From positions 930,001-994,000 of the forward strand of contig JAPETS010000002.1 of NCBI GenBank assembly GCA_026023565.1: a stretch of 64,000 bases of DNA, given 5' to 3'. This DNA comes from Cirrosporium novae-zelandiae (Eukaryota). The notes under the pieces were generated by a model. It did no database searches, was not told the DNA's origin, and worked only from the letters and a program-made list of their open reading frames with translations. Below, one piece after another: positions 62,824-64,000 of this stretch (its first letter is position 1; every line of letters starts with the position of its first letter). Both the position numbers and the translations under genes were made by a program.

Positions 62824-63906
62824 TCATCCCAAAAGCACCCCTCCAATCCCAATCCCCGCCCCAAACATCGCCCCCACACTCACAAAGCTAGAAATACTCC
62901 CCATCGCCATTCCCGTAATCCCATGTCCGCTCGTACAACCCCCCGCAACTCTAGCACCAAATGCCATGACTAAACCTCCCATGAATGCTCCCAATTCCGA
63001 TATCTCCTCCCCACCCGCACCCACACCCGATAATAAAATATCTAGTGTGGATGGGAAGATTTTAGAGGTGAGAAAGGTACCGCCTATCATGCCAAGGCAG
63101 AACGTCATTGCCCTTGTGGCTGGGCGTTTAGAAGGGATTCTCCGCTCGGGGGAAGATAGCAAAAACCAAAACCAAGCTCCGAATTGTTCAAAGGAGCCCG
63201 AGGTGCCGAGCGTGTTTCCGCTAATGAGCATGGAGAGGGCCTGGGAGGCTCCGATTAGGAGGCCGGAATAGGTTGGAGGGAGGAAGGGTTTGGGGGATGG
63301 GTTTGTGAGGGAGGATGGTGTGAGTTTGGAGGTTAGGGCTATGGCGAGGGTGCTGAGGGTGCAGAAGGTTAGGAGGGCGAGGGTGGGGGGGAGGTGGAGG
63401 AGGGCGTGGAGGGTGCGTTTTTGTAGGGCTGGGAGTTGCTTGTCTGGTTTAGGGGTTGTTGATGTTGTTGTTGGTGGTGGTTGGCCTTTAAGATCCGGTC
63501 CCATTTTCGCATAGATAATTCCTCCCACCAGCGCACCCGCGAGCGCAAAGTACCCAGACCTGATTCCCGCACCCACCTGTGCGAACACGGTCCCAGGACA
63601 CGCTCCCGCGAGAACCATTCCAAGCCCAATCATCAACCCCCCTATCATATTACCATCATAGACCGTACCGAATCGGTACAGGGGAGACGGTGAGCGGGGC
63701 GTGGTGTTGGAGAGATGGAGGCGGTTCAGCAGAGCAATGATGAGGGCGCTGCTGGCGCTCGCTCCTAGAAATACCTGGAGCATGTGGAAATTCTGGAGGC
63801 GGAATTGGGAGAGGATTATGGGGGGCGCGAAGACGCCGGAGGCGGTTAGGGCGGCGCCGAAGAGAGCGCCGGAGATTAGGTTGGGGATGAATTTTGTTGT
63901 TGCCAT
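62824..63906 (-). CDS. YeeE/YedE family sulfur-compound (thiosulfate-type) transporter
   Basis: Intronless Gly-rich polytopic membrane protein with GGLMIGLGMVLAGACPGT and FGARVAGGCTSGHGITG motifs. Confidence 0.9.
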   Translation of the reverse strand: MATTKFIPNLISGALFGAALTASGVFAPPIILSQFRLQNFHMLQVFLGASASSALIIALLNRLHLSNTTPRSPSPLYRFGTVYDGNMIGGLMIGLGMVLAGACPGTVFAQVGAGIRSGYFALAGALVGGIIYAKMGPDLKGQPPPTTTSTTPKPDKQLPALQKRTLHALLHLPPTLALLTFCTLSTLAIALTSKLTPSSLTNPSPKPFLPPTYSGLLIGASQALSMLISGNTLGTSGSFEQFGAWFWFLLSSPERRIPSKRPATRAMTFCLGMIGGTFLTSKIFPSTLDILLSGVGAGGEEISELGAFMGGLVMAFGARVAGGCTSGHGITGMAMGSISSFVSVGAMFGAGIGIGGVLLG

Positions 63907-64000
63907 GGTCGTTGGTTGTTGAGGTGGTTCACTTTGGAGAGAGAGAAAGGGGGGGTGGTTCGAAATGTATAGGTATTGTAGAATGAGTATAAAGATGGGA

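Noticed and set aside
1..64000. CRISPR arrays, rRNA genes, autonomous transposons
   Set aside because: No repeat-spacer arrays, rRNA-like sequence, or transposase/reverse transcriptase ORFs were seen.

Overview
Eukaryotic window from a filamentous ascomycete (Pezizomycotina, probably Eurotiomycetes), with GT..AG introns and CTRAY-type branch sites. Housekeeping genes: acuM-like Zn2Cys6 factor (5' part), RING-CH ligase, proteasome alpha2 (PRE8), Dicer-like 2, Zn-dependent polyol dehydrogenase, GPI18, Blm10/PA200, SART-1/Snu66, RFC5, ketopantoate reductase, GEP3, Sec3, an AAA+ ATPase and a YeeE/YedE transporter. Other content: a levoglucosan-kinase pseudogene, a C2H2-like protein, an atypical kinase-like protein, a 117-bp hAT-type MITE and two microsatellite-rich gene-poor tracts. 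Two items stand out. (1) An intronless bacterial-type Doc (Fic-family, HAFQDGNKRT) toxin gene sits head-to-head with dcl2 and tail-to-tail with a small unknown gene; both small proteins have mitochondrial-presequence-like N-termini, so this is a candidate fungal toxin/antidote or defence module. (2) An unannotated ~177-nt highly structured RNA-like element at 48516-48692 has a tRNA-like subdomain, a Pol III B-box and a T5 terminator. Gene identities come from recognising motifs by eye; no database searches were run, and exon boundaries were read manually.
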